This document shows positions 9,879 to 18,693 of a stretch of DNA of 64,000 nucleotides, piece after piece. The notes beneath the pieces are model-generated. The model did no database searches. It worked only from the letters and a program-made list of their open reading frames with translations, and was not told the DNA's origin. Position 1 is the stretch's first letter. Every line of letters begins with the position of its first letter. Position numbers and translations under genes: made by a program. The DNA comes from a virus, in IMG/VR virus record IMGVR_UViG_3300025263_000044; one strand, 5' to 3'.

Positions 9879-9992
9879 TTATGCCTCCAAAAAGGGCTAT
9901 GTCCACGTTTCTGTATAGCTCTGCGGAGGCTGTGTGAAGGCGGAAAAAGAAAACCCGCACGAATGCGGGTTGGAGTGGTGCCAGCGGGTCAG

Positions 9993-10214
9993 TTATTCCC
10001 AGCAAGCCATCTCGATGAACTTACCGTTGGCGTCAAACTTGAACTCTGTGTAGAAGCCGCCATAACCTGCCACTTTCTCTTGTCCTTTGTGGCATTCGAC
10101 GCTCGAGCCACTGTCTTGCGAGGGCTGGTCCGAAAAACCTACACCAAATTCTGACAGCAGTGCTACCAGTTTTTGTTTGTCGGTTGGAACGGTTGGGGTG
10201 GTTTGAGTCGACAT
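9993..10214 (-). CDS. Hypothetical protein
   Basis: Start MSTQTTPT behind AAGGAGGA; GCTATAC 35 nt upstream. Confidence 0.7.
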   Translation of the reverse strand: MSTQTTPTVPTDKQKLVALLSEFGVGFSDQPSQDSGSSVECHKGQEKVAGYGGFYTEFKFDANGKFIEMACWE

Positions 10215-10322
10215 GATGTCCTCCTTAAATAATGGTTGTCCTATGCCGGTATAGCGCGAGGCACCGCCCAATAAAAACCTCCACGGCATCGCTGCGCGTG
10301 GAGGTGAGGTTGGGTGTCGGCG

Positions 10323-10514
10323 TTAGCCGCAGATGTATTCGTCGACGGCCGTAACCGTTTTTCGAGCGTCTTCGACAGCCTGGGGCATTGCGGCCCGGAT
10401 TGCTTCGTCCGTACACTCGATAGAGCCGTTGACAATCTGGCCTTCAATCAGCGCGCACGCCAGTTTCTTGATGCGGCGCTTTTCGTCGTCCGAATAGCCT
10501 TCCAGTTTCGCCAT
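10323..10514 (-). CDS. Hypothetical protein
   Basis: 63 aa, AAGGAGAG RBS. Confidence 0.65.
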   Translation of the reverse strand: MAKLEGYSDDEKRRIKKLACALIEGQIVNGSIECTDEAIRAAMPQAVEDARKTVTAVDEYICG

Positions 10515-10543
10515 ATTTCTCTCCTTGAACTGTCGATTTTAGC

Positions 10544-10942
10544 CTACGCGGGGCACGAAACTTCATTGTGCTTCGCAGGCGGCTCGGTTACCCAGGGATG
10601 TAGGCTCGGGTGCTCGCCGGCGAAGTCCGTCGTTCCAGGCATAGTGGTGGCCCAGATGGACTTGATGCCATCTTTCAGCTCACTTGCGGTCGGTTCGCGG
10701 ACGCCGTAGTTCACGTTGGCTTCGATGGGTACTTTGCAGGGGCGACCCCTCCAGTCAGTATCCATGAAGTAGCGTGGCAACAGCGTATTGAGAATCATGG
10801 CCGCAGTCTTTGCCTTGACCATGGCCAGAGCTTGTGACTGCGCGGACGCACGATACATCGTCGACCCCCGGGTGATGCTCCAGTCCAGCCAGACTTCGGC
10901 AACACAGAGTTTTGAGGCAACCAGCTTGGCGCCGGCGCTCAT
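10544..10942 (-). CDS. Hypothetical protein
   Basis: ATGA overlap with the upstream ORF. Confidence 0.65.
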   Translation of the reverse strand: MSAGAKLVASKLCVAEVWLDWSITRGSTMYRASAQSQALAMVKAKTAAMILNTLLPRYFMDTDWRGRPCKVPIEANVNYGVREPTASELKDGIKSIWATTMPGTTDFAGEHPSLHPWVTEPPAKHNEVSCPA

Positions 10943-11478
10943 CGCTCAATCTTTCCGGACTCGACCTGGTCTGCACAATTTCCGCACAGTCCATCGTAGC
11001 CTGCGTCATCCAGGCGGGCACTGCATTTTTCGCAGTGTTCCGCCTCGCCGCCATACAGCTCGATTTGGCGCACGACCCAGTTCCAATAAGCCGGGGGCTC
11101 ATAGCCTTGGTGCGTGGCGCCAGCCCACTGGTTGCGGGAGTAGGTTGGATGCTCGCCGGCGTCAGCATTACCTGGCGCGCAGCGTTCGACGATTTTCACA
11201 ACGCGGTCGGCTTCCTCAGCGCGCACACGTTTGACGATATCGAGCAGCCACTTTTCCTGGGCAGGCGACGGTGTCAGGGAGAGGTTGAGGCGGTCACGGC
11301 AACTGCGCACCAGGCTCAATTCCTTCTCGCTCACGGATTCATGAAACACCAGGCAGTCATCGACGGCCGCACGCAGCAGCTTGTCGTGAGCATCGCGTTT
11401 CGCTTCTTCCGCTTCACGCTCTTGGCGCATTTGTGCTTGATACGCAGGGTCGCGCAGTTTGTTGAAGTCGATAGGCAT
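10939..11478 (-). CDS. Hypothetical protein with a C-terminal CxxC...CxxC zinc ribbon
   Basis: CEKCSARLDDAGYDGLCGNC; start MPIDFNK behind AAGGAGGA. Confidence 0.7.
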   Translation of the reverse strand: MPIDFNKLRDPAYQAQMRQEREAEEAKRDAHDKLLRAAVDDCLVFHESVSEKELSLVRSCRDRLNLSLTPSPAQEKWLLDIVKRVRAEEADRVVKIVERCAPGNADAGEHPTYSRNQWAGATHQGYEPPAYWNWVVRQIELYGGEAEHCEKCSARLDDAGYDGLCGNCADQVESGKIER

Positions 11479-11550
11479 AGTTTTCCTCCTTTGTTGAACA
11501 TGTCCTAGAGAGGTATAGCCAGCCTGGAGCTGCACCCGGCGCCGAACTAC

Positions 11551-12057
11551 TTAGCCAGTGTAACAGTCGTAGGTCACCTTCGCGACACGGCCGCGGCGGG
11601 TCTTGAATGATACCCCGCTCAGGTCCCCATAACGGTAAGCGAGTTCCGTATCTCCGGCAGCAAGACGTCCCAGAGCGCGGCGCGCCGCAGCCGCCGGCTG
11701 CCCGACATGGAAGGGCGCCAAGTGTTGCCACTGCTTGCCCTGGATTTCAGCGTAACTGAGCATGTACTTTTTCGGGTTGTCGGAGAAGGTCCAGAAGCCC
11801 AGGGTCATCCCCTTGAAGGTCACCTCACGGTAGGTCGTGGTGGAGCGGTCGGACCAGTCCTCGGTCTGCCCATCGACGGTGCGCAACACGGCGCCGAGCT
11901 TCATCACCTGGGGCAGGGTGGCCGGCAGGCGCAGGGCATAGGCGCCACTGCCGCAATCGAAATCCATATACCGCTCGAGCGGTTCGGCGACACCAGCAGC
12001 GCCAGCACCAGAGGCGGCAACCAGGAGGAACGAGAGCAGGGCGAAGCGCGATTTCAT
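11551..12057 (-). CDS. Secreted hypothetical protein
   Basis: Signal peptide MKSRFALLSFLLVAASGAGA. Confidence 0.7.
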   Translation of the reverse strand: MKSRFALLSFLLVAASGAGAAGVAEPLERYMDFDCGSGAYALRLPATLPQVMKLGAVLRTVDGQTEDWSDRSTTTYREVTFKGMTLGFWTFSDNPKKYMLSYAEIQGKQWQHLAPFHVGQPAAAARRALGRLAAGDTELAYRYGDLSGVSFKTRRGRVAKVTYDCYTG

Positions 12058-12182
12058 ATTCAACTCCACGAATCAATAAAGAGTGGTGGTATAGCGCGGC
12101 CGGCGAGCCGTAAAACCATACCCCAAGAAACCACAGAAATTAACGAGCGATTTTCAAAAACGGACTTTCACGCCAAAACTAC

Positions 12183-12365
12183 AAAATTCAATTTACGGAC
12201 AACAGCTGCAAAAACGCGAGCCAAGGGCCGCGGCGGCCCACTTTCTGGATAACCCGATTTTTGGCTATCCCGTACTATGGCATAACCAGAACCGGAAATC
12301 CCGAAAAACCGGGCAGCCAGAAAAAAGAGGGGTTTGGTTAATCCGTTGTCCGTAAATTGAATTTT
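12183..12365. repeat. Perfect 21-bp inverted repeat enclosing 141 bp
   Basis: AAAATTCAATTTACGGACAAC (12183-12203) and GTTGTCCGTAAATTGAATTTT (12345-12365). Confidence 0.9.
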
Positions 12366-12517
12366 ATTATATGGCCGAATTTCGTTTCCGCAAGGCATTT
12401 CTGCGATATTTTCTGGCTGGCTGCAAGGGATGCTGGGGCGCTATACCGGTCAAGTGCGATGTTCGTAAAAACACACATCAAGCGCGTATCGCTCGATTTA
12501 ACGACCAAAGGAAATTC

Positions 12518-12946
12518 ATGATTTCACTACGACCTTATCGGAACCTGGCCTGGGTTGCCGGCGCCATCGGCTTCGCCGTGACCCTCGCGTACGTTCTTGC
12601 TTCCAATGGTGAGGGCCAGTTCTACCAGCGCTCGCCGTTGATGTGGGACTTGCGCCTGGAGGCGCAAAAGGACCCAGTCTCCGGCCGCGACACTTCGGCG
12701 GTCCTGCTTAAGCACTACCCGGCGGGGACGGATAAACAGGTGGTGGTCACCGGCTTGCTGAACTCTGGCTTCCAGGTGCTGTCCATGGTGCCATGCAAGG
12801 CCGGTGACTATGACGCGTGCGAGTTGGTCGTCTTAGACGCTTCGCACCAGCGGTCCTTCACGAAGACCTCGCACCGAGTCTCACTGGTGTTCGCGCATGG
12901 CAAACTGACCGCGGCCCGGGCGCACATCGGGTTGACCGGCATTTAA
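12518..12946 (+). CDS. Membrane-anchored hypothetical protein
   Basis: N-terminal TM segment LAWVAGAIGFAVTLAYVLA; AAGGA RBS. Confidence 0.7.
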   Translation: MISLRPYRNLAWVAGAIGFAVTLAYVLASNGEGQFYQRSPLMWDLRLEAQKDPVSGRDTSAVLLKHYPAGTDKQVVVTGLLNSGFQVLSMVPCKAGDYDACELVVLDASHQRSFTKTSHRVSLVFAHGKLTAARAHIGLTGI

Positions 12947-12955
12947 CGCTCAGTG

Positions 12956-14446
12956 CTATTGCTTGGTGTCGGGGAACACCAGGCGATAATTTCGCAAATC
13001 CTCCTCAAAGGCATTGCATTGTTTCAATGCGGCCTGAAGGTTCTGCCTTGGCTGGTCGTAGTTGAATGCGGCGGTCCAGGCCTGGATGCGGGTCATAGCT
13101 TTGATATATGGCTGGGCGTCCGCATGGTGAGAGAGGCTCTTGAGTGGAAGAAGGTAGTCTTCGCGGTAGACCGTTGGCACGATGATGCGACACAAGCCTG
13201 CCGCGCTTAGCACGCAGTTCATGGCCAGCCGCGCGGTGCGCCCGTTCCCGTCCTTAAACGGGTGAACTTCCGAGATGACGAACATCGTCATCAGTGCTTT
13301 GGCGAGCGGGTCCTCCAGCGCCTGTATCCGGTCGAAGCCTTCTCTTAGTGTTCCTTGCACCAATTCATGCGCGACGAAGAGCGTAGTGCCGGCCTGATTG
13401 TCGACGTCCTTCCATTCACCGGGGTTCTTATCCAGGCGGGACTGTAGAACCAGCGCATTGACACTCTTCAGCCAACGCAGGAAGGCATCGGCATCGCTCG
13501 CCGGCTGGTCACGCCACGGCGCACGCATGGCTGCCTGGAAGGTCCCAAGAATGTCGTGCGAGTCGTCAGAACGGTTCGGGATAATCTTTCCCTCGAACAC
13601 GATTTGCTCTGCCTCGCTGACCAGGAACGTGGTGCCTTCAATGTAGTTTGAAAAATACGCTTCAAAGAAGGCGAAATTCTCGCGTGCGTCACCCAGTTCT
13701 GCGGCGGATTTAAGTTCAGGTAGGGTCTCCGCCCGCAAGGCTGAAAATAGCGCGTCGAACAATGTGAGCCTGGCCGAATCGTAAGGCCGGCCGGCGGCCC
13801 GGGCGCGCGCGAGCTGGCTGCGGAGATTCTTGCTTTCATGGGTTCTTAGCAGGGCGCCCATAATCCCGTCCAGCCGCTTGAATTCCTTTTCTCGACCAAT
13901 TTGGTCGGCCAGTGTGCGGCATTCGTCTCGCAATTGGTTGAACCGATGTTCCCCGCGAATCGTGAGAATTTTGTCCAGCTCAGCCTCGAGTGCTTCCTGA
14001 GTTAACACGCGCTCCGACACCCCACGGCCCGTGGCTAGATTCTCCAGGAGCCAGCGCTGCTGACTTGCCAGGAAAAATAGTTTGAACGGCACATCACCAC
14101 CTTGGCGGCCGGCGCCAGGGATAACTTTAATGGTGAGGCCCGGCAGCTCCAAGCTACGCGCGCGGTTGCCTCGAGTGACATACAGGTGCTCGTTGACTGG
14201 CTTTGCGTCAAATCCGCTTCGATAGCTCAACACGCTGCCGGGAAGCAGGTGGCTGACGATACTAGACCAGTTTCGCGAAACGACTGACTCGGGGCTACTT
14301 GTCAGGTTGCTGGTGTAAACCCCTTGGTACAATTTCAGCAGCTGTCCTTCGCTCGCCTGTCGAAGTACCTTACGGTCTGCAGCAGGGTCACCCTCACCAG
14401 TAAAGATGAGCTCAGGCAACGTGTCCACTTTATGTTTGATTCCCAC
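12956..14446 (-). CDS. Fic-domain protein (class II) with a putative N-terminal DNA-binding region
   Basis: HPFKDGNGRTAR Fic motif; SNYIEG fits the inhibitory (S/T)xxxE(G/N) helix. Confidence 0.9.
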   Translation of the reverse strand: MGIKHKVDTLPELIFTGEGDPAADRKVLRQASEGQLLKLYQGVYTSNLTSSPESVVSRNWSSIVSHLLPGSVLSYRSGFDAKPVNEHLYVTRGNRARSLELPGLTIKVIPGAGRQGGDVPFKLFFLASQQRWLLENLATGRGVSERVLTQEALEAELDKILTIRGEHRFNQLRDECRTLADQIGREKEFKRLDGIMGALLRTHESKNLRSQLARARAAGRPYDSARLTLFDALFSALRAETLPELKSAAELGDARENFAFFEAYFSNYIEGTTFLVSEAEQIVFEGKIIPNRSDDSHDILGTFQAAMRAPWRDQPASDADAFLRWLKSVNALVLQSRLDKNPGEWKDVDNQAGTTLFVAHELVQGTLREGFDRIQALEDPLAKALMTMFVISEVHPFKDGNGRTARLAMNCVLSAAGLCRIIVPTVYREDYLLPLKSLSHHADAQPYIKAMTRIQAWTAAFNYDQPRQNLQAALKQCNAFEEDLRNYRLVFPDTKQ

Positions 14447-14462
14447 GCGAAAACCTCGTGAT

Positions 14463-14610
14463 TGTCTGAAAATATGCTTATTGTGACACGTTATGTCTGA
14501 AAAGTGCGCTATTTAAAAAAGATAGTGGATGTCGGTTTTTTTGTGCATTCAAGTTCCTAGGCGACCCTATTGTCTGAAAAATGGTCAATACAGGGCGCTG
14601 TTTGTCTGAA
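14463..14610. repeat. Four direct repeats TGTCTGAA(AA) upstream of the Fic gene
   Basis: Copies at 14463, 14494, 14571 and 14603. Confidence 0.75.
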
Positions 14611-14687
14611 TTATGTCGGATTGCCTGCCCGCAGGCTCAAAAAAGCCCCGGCCGAGAATGGCGCGGGGCTTGATGTGCTGCAGGTAG

Positions 14688-14936
14688 TTAGGCGTTCTCG
14701 TCGACCAGGTCGCTGATGGTGTCTTCGTGGAGTTTGGAGCTGGTGCCGATGTTGTGGTCCAGCGGTTCATCGCGGGTGACGTAGACGTCGGTAACCAGTC
14801 CTTCATGGGTTGCGTTGAAGTGCAGTTCGCCTGGTTCGTCTTCGCCAGGTACAGGCATGTTTTCGTAGATGATGCGTACGCCTTGCGGGGCTGCCACAAA
14901 AGTGACGCCGCCATCGATGCTGACCTTCATGTTCAT
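14688..14936 (-). CDS. Hypothetical protein
   Basis: GAGGAG RBS; hairpins on both sides. Confidence 0.75.
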   Translation of the reverse strand: MNMKVSIDGGVTFVAAPQGVRIIYENMPVPGEDEPGELHFNATHEGLVTDVYVTRDEPLDHNIGTSSKLHEDTISDLVDENA

Positions 14937-15048
14937 ATATTTCTCCTCAGATTTGGTTAAGGCAATGCCATGGGAAGTTCTGTCCTACAGGCGTGTATAG
15001 CCAAAAAGAAAAGCGCCAGCAGGCTGGCGCTTCGAGAGGAACTTAATC

Positions 15049-15324
15049 TTACCTGCAGGCTTCAATGCCTTTTTCGATATGGCCAGCCATTTCAGCCAAG
15101 TCCTCGGCATTTAGTTCACTGCCATTGCGCAGTACATGCACCACGGCGGCAATGCCAGCTCGGATTTCTTCCGATGCTTTTGGGTCGCTCTGTACCTCGG
15201 CTAGTGACAGATGGCAAACGTTGAACAATTCATCCTGCAAGGCGGGAGTTGGCGCCTTTACGTAGGTCAGTCCGCGTTCCAGTTGAGACTTGAGCTTGAT
15301 GGTGTTAATGGTGACGGAAGTCAT
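15049..15324 (-). CDS. Hypothetical protein
   Basis: AAGGA RBS; GCTATAC 36 nt upstream; terminator at about 15004-15031. Confidence 0.75.
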   Translation of the reverse strand: MTSVTINTIKLKSQLERGLTYVKAPTPALQDELFNVCHLSLAEVQSDPKASEEIRAGIAAVVHVLRNGSELNAEDLAEMAGHIEKGIEACR

Positions 15325-15451
15325 AGTATGTCCTTATGGGTAGTCGAAAATCACGCACCGTATAGCCAATTTTGGCAGTTCCCATGACCAATGCAAGAAA
15401 CTATAAAGAACGGCCTCTAAGTGCTAGCACTGGGGCCGTGAGAACTCACGC

Positions 15452-16144
15452 TCAGACCTCAAGCTTGTAAAGCACTTGCGTCACTGGCTCGGAAGTTTGT
15501 TCGGTCGGACGGCTGCGAATATACCTGGAATAGGGGCCGTCTAAGTCGCCAAAAACCTGCCCTTCGGTAATCGTCGACCAGGAGTAGGGGCCAATCTTTT
15601 GTAAATTGAGGGCGACCTGGCGCAACCAACTCGACAGTGCCGGGCTGCGCTCAATGCGCTCGTTGAGTACTCGAGTCGCTTCTTCGTCGCGGCGCGCGCG
15701 ACACGTTTTGGGGTCATCCACGACACGAAATGCTGCCGAACCGTAGATTCGCCGGTGATGGTCACGCTCGTTGCAAAGCTGAATATCGCAACGCTTTCCG
15801 TAATTGCTTTCAAAGAAAGCCCTCATCTCAACCAGCATCTCACGGAACTCAGCCAGTTCCGCAGCTGGAGCCTCCGCCGGTAGCAGCATGAGCTTTGCCA
15901 GGTTCAATTCGATGATGGCGCCTTTATCGCAAGCTCTCCACGAAAGGTCGATTTCCTGGATGGCCTTCTTAACCAAATCCAGGCGAAGGTTCAACAAGCG
16001 AAGTTCAAGAAAGGTGATGTCCAAGTACTGCCGGACATCGCTCAGATTTTTGATGGGGAGTACATCCTTGTAGGCCAGGATGCTGATTCGACCCGCAGAA
16101 TCTGCCGAATCGATAAGAGTGATGAAATTTGTGCTGTCTGCCAT
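15452..16144 (-). CDS. Hypothetical protein
   Basis: Start MADSTNF behind AAAGGA; GCTATAC at 16184. Confidence 0.7.
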   Translation of the reverse strand: MADSTNFITLIDSADSAGRISILAYKDVLPIKNLSDVRQYLDITFLELRLLNLRLDLVKKAIQEIDLSWRACDKGAIIELNLAKLMLLPAEAPAAELAEFREMLVEMRAFFESNYGKRCDIQLCNERDHHRRIYGSAAFRVVDDPKTCRARRDEEATRVLNERIERSPALSSWLRQVALNLQKIGPYSWSTITEGQVFGDLDGPYSRYIRSRPTEQTSEPVTQVLYKLEV

Positions 16145-16218
16145 GATGTCCTTTATTCGTTTGTCCAGGTGTTTTGCCACTCTGTATAGCGTGACGGTGT
16201 TGGACGGCAGACAGGTGC

Positions 16219-16476
16219 TCAGGCTTCGCGCGGCGCCAGCTTGTGCGTAGGATGCTGTCCAGTCAACAGCAGAAACAGCTCCCAGGTGGCCAACGGAATT
16301 TTTCGGTGATTTGTTTTACCAAACTCGACTTCATACCCCTGCCAGACACGATAAGGCTTCCCTTGCGCCGGCGAGACCAACAGCGCGGCATCCTCTTGCG
16401 ACAGCCCGGCCGCGAGCCGAGCAGCTGTTACTTCAGCAGAGGTGGGTTGGACGATACGTTCGACAATCGGCTTCAT
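16219..16476 (-). CDS. XRE-family HTH DNA-binding protein
   Basis: AARLAAGLSQEDAALLV...RVWQGYE...RKIP; ATGA coupling to the upstream ORF. Confidence 0.65.
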   Translation of the reverse strand: MKPIVERIVQPTSAEVTAARLAAGLSQEDAALLVSPAQGKPYRVWQGYEVEFGKTNHRKIPLATWELFLLLTGQHPTHKLAPREA

Positions 16477-16823
16477 GCTACTTTTCCACCGGCGGCGCGA
16501 ATGGCGGCTTTTACTGCTTCGACTTTGTCGAGCGGGCACTCAACCAGGAACGAAGCCGTGTTTTGCTTCTTCTTCCAGGACTTGAAGTACCCCTCGAACG
16601 ATGGCTCGTTGTCCTTCGTCCATTTTGGGCCGTAAACGATGCCGCCATCGACGATAATCGCATCATCGTCATTCAGCTCCATGATTTCGCAGCCGAACTC
16701 CTTCACCACGCCATTGACCGTCAGGTTCTCATCGTCGTGCCAGGTCTTGCCATCATCGGCCGGCCAGAAGGATTCGTCGGAGTAGAAGCGCTTCAGTTCG
16801 GCGCCGGTGGTCTTGGTAGCCAT
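16473..16823 (-). CDS. Hypothetical protein
   Basis: 116 aa, operon spacing. Confidence 0.75.
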   Translation of the reverse strand: MATKTTGAELKRFYSDESFWPADDGKTWHDDENLTVNGVVKEFGCEIMELNDDDAIIVDGGIVYGPKWTKDNEPSFEGYFKSWKKKQNTASFLVECPLDKVEAVKAAIRAAGGKVA

Positions 16824-16845
16824 AATGAGTCTTTCTGTATCGCTA

Positions 16846-17088
16846 TTAGTTGTCGGATTGCTTGGCAGCCAGGGTCAGGGGGCCGTAGTACGTGCCTTCA
16901 GTAGGCTCGCCGTCGGCGTGGCGCATCGAGACGGAGCGGATATACCCGGATTCAGCGATGAAAGAGCCGCTCAGCGTGCCGCGCTTGTCTGCCTTGATGA
17001 AGCCAACGTGAATTACGCCGTTTTCGTCGACCCATTCGTATGCGCCAGGGGTGGTCACTTCTCCGGCGGTCAGCGGTTTAAGTTTCAT
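16846..17088 (-). CDS. Hypothetical protein
   Basis: 80 aa, AGGA RBS. Confidence 0.7.
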   Translation of the reverse strand: MKLKPLTAGEVTTPGAYEWVDENGVIHVGFIKADKRGTLSGSFIAESGYIRSVSMRHADGEPTEGTYYGPLTLAAKQSDN

Positions 17089-17105
17089 GTTTCTTGTCCT
17101 ATAGG

Positions 17106-17885
17106 TTAAGCCGCGACTTCTGGGTCCCAGCCAATCGCTTTGTCGAAATCTTCCTGCGCCATCGGAACCCCTACACGGCAGATGCGAATAAACGCATGTC
17201 GAGCTTCGGCGGCGGTAGCGCTTTCAATGACGGTAATTGCGACGCGCGCTTCACGGAAGCGGTGGCCACAGTCATCCCAGAACTGCATGAAGTTGTCTAC
17301 CTCATCATCGCTGAAGCGACCTTCCCAGCTGTTTTTGATGCGTTCGCGGAACAGCTGCATTGCGGTTTTCTGGCTCTTGGCGCCATCCCTATCCAAGGAG
17401 GCCTGTTTCACGACCGTCCAGGCCGGCATGCGCAGGCCTACTTCCGCTTCGGCGGTCGGAACGAACTTGAGCGAGCGGCTTTCGAAATCCAGCACCAGCG
17501 TCTCGCCGGCGTACCATGTCGCCTGCTCAGCCTCCGAGGCGTCGGGCAGGTCCGGAGGTGTGTCGGTCAGCATCATCCAGGCCAGCGTAGCCAGGCGATT
17601 CTGGCCGTCCAACAGCAGACTGAAGGGGCGGTAACCCGTTTCATCCGCTGCAGCTGGAATCGGGCCAAGACGCGCTTTTGCCAGTTTGGTCAGGTCGGCC
17701 TTGGTGCCAGGTGCCCACAAGAGGAAGGCCCCGATGGGAAAGCCGCTGATGATGCTGTCGCACAGTGCTTCAACGTCTTGCTTGTGCCAGACATACGGGC
17801 GTTGCATCGCGGCCGGTACCGTGCGGCCAGCGGCCACGTCTTTGACCAGGCTGGAAAGGAAGCAGGAAGTTTGGTCGATTTTCAT
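17106..17885 (-). CDS. DUF262 (GmrS/ParB-like) domain protein, stand-alone
   Basis: MQRPYVW, LCDSIISGFPIGAFLLW, LLLDGQNRLATL, FIRI. Confidence 0.8.
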   Translation of the reverse strand: MKIDQTSCFLSSLVKDVAAGRTVPAAMQRPYVWHKQDVEALCDSIISGFPIGAFLLWAPGTKADLTKLAKARLGPIPAAADETGYRPFSLLLDGQNRLATLAWMMLTDTPPDLPDASEAEQATWYAGETLVLDFESRSLKFVPTAEAEVGLRMPAWTVVKQASLDRDGAKSQKTAMQLFRERIKNSWEGRFSDDEVDNFMQFWDDCGHRFREARVAITVIESATAAEARHAFIRICRVGVPMAQEDFDKAIGWDPEVAA

Positions 17886-17897
17886 TCTGGGCTCCGA

Positions 17898-18257
17898 TTA
17901 CGCTGGAATATCCTTCATGGTCAGGCCTTTGCTGGCGATAGCCGCCGCAGCTTGCGTAAGTGCGCGGCAAACTGCGGCCATGGGTTCTTGGCCATAGACC
18001 ACAACTTGTGGTTCGATACCCGCCCAGGGTGCTTCTACGATGACGGAATTGTTTTCGTGCTTCAGATTCAGGCACAAGTCCACATTCAACCACAACGCTT
18101 GCTCGACCTTGTGAGCTGGGTTGAATACATGCTTGGTATCGAGCACCAAGCCAGCTGCGTAGAAGTGGCTGGCGTCCACCCAGTGGAGTACTTGGTGATT
18201 ACATGCTTTGGCCGCTCCCTCGAGCAGCTCTTTGAGTGGCATATCACTGAATGGCAT
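17898..18257 (-). CDS. Hypothetical protein
   Basis: Start MPFSDM behind AAAGGG; first gene after the promoter at 18289-18317. Confidence 0.65.
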   Translation of the reverse strand: MPFSDMPLKELLEGAAKACNHQVLHWVDASHFYAAGLVLDTKHVFNPAHKVEQALWLNVDLCLNLKHENNSVIVEAPWAGIEPQVVVYGQEPMAAVCRALTQAAAAIASKGLTMKDIPA

Positions 18258-18288
18258 GACCGGAACCCTTTTATTGAAGTAGGTTCCT

Positions 18289-18317
18289 ATCATACACGCA
18301 TTGCGTGTATTGGTCAA
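18289..18317 (-). promoter_or_regulatory. Sigma70 promoter with a perfect palindromic operator in the spacer
   Basis: TTGACC-17 nt-TATGAT on the minus strand; ATACACGCA-T-TGCGTGTAT at 18292-18310. Confidence 0.75.
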
Positions 18318-18373
18318 GCAAAATTGATGGCTCGAAGATGCTACACCAAATCTTGAGCCTTCGGTTCGGCGGG

Positions 18374-18676
18374 TTATTGTGGGGGGCTGACCAGGAACAC
18401 TCCTGCAAAGCGCTGCACCCCCATCGCAGAAAAGCCATCGCCATGCTCCCATCCAGGCTCACCGTCGGCTCGATAGAAGCGTACTTTTGTTCGCTGCCAC
18501 TCTCCGAACCGGAGTTTAGAGGCGCCAACAATGTCTGCCTGAATATGTCGACCATCGAGTGCAATCGCAGTAACTCTCTCGGCCGAATGAGCCAGTTTGC
18601 CCAAAAGCCACCCACATAAAGCCAGTATGAAGAAAACTCCGTAGACGGAGAGTATTTTCAGGGTCAATTCGGTCAT
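18374..18676 (-). CDS. Small membrane protein
   Basis: N-terminal TM helix. Confidence 0.6.
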   Translation of the reverse strand: MTELTLKILSVYGVFFILALCGWLLGKLAHSAERVTAIALDGRHIQADIVGASKLRFGEWQRTKVRFYRADGEPGWEHGDGFSAMGVQRFAGVFLVSPPQ

Positions 18677-18693
18677 GGCGCAGGCATAACGGA

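Noticed and set aside
14463-14610. Plasmid iterons or replication origin
   Set aside because: The repeats are only 8-10 bp, irregularly spaced, and no rep gene is adjacent; operator sites are more likely
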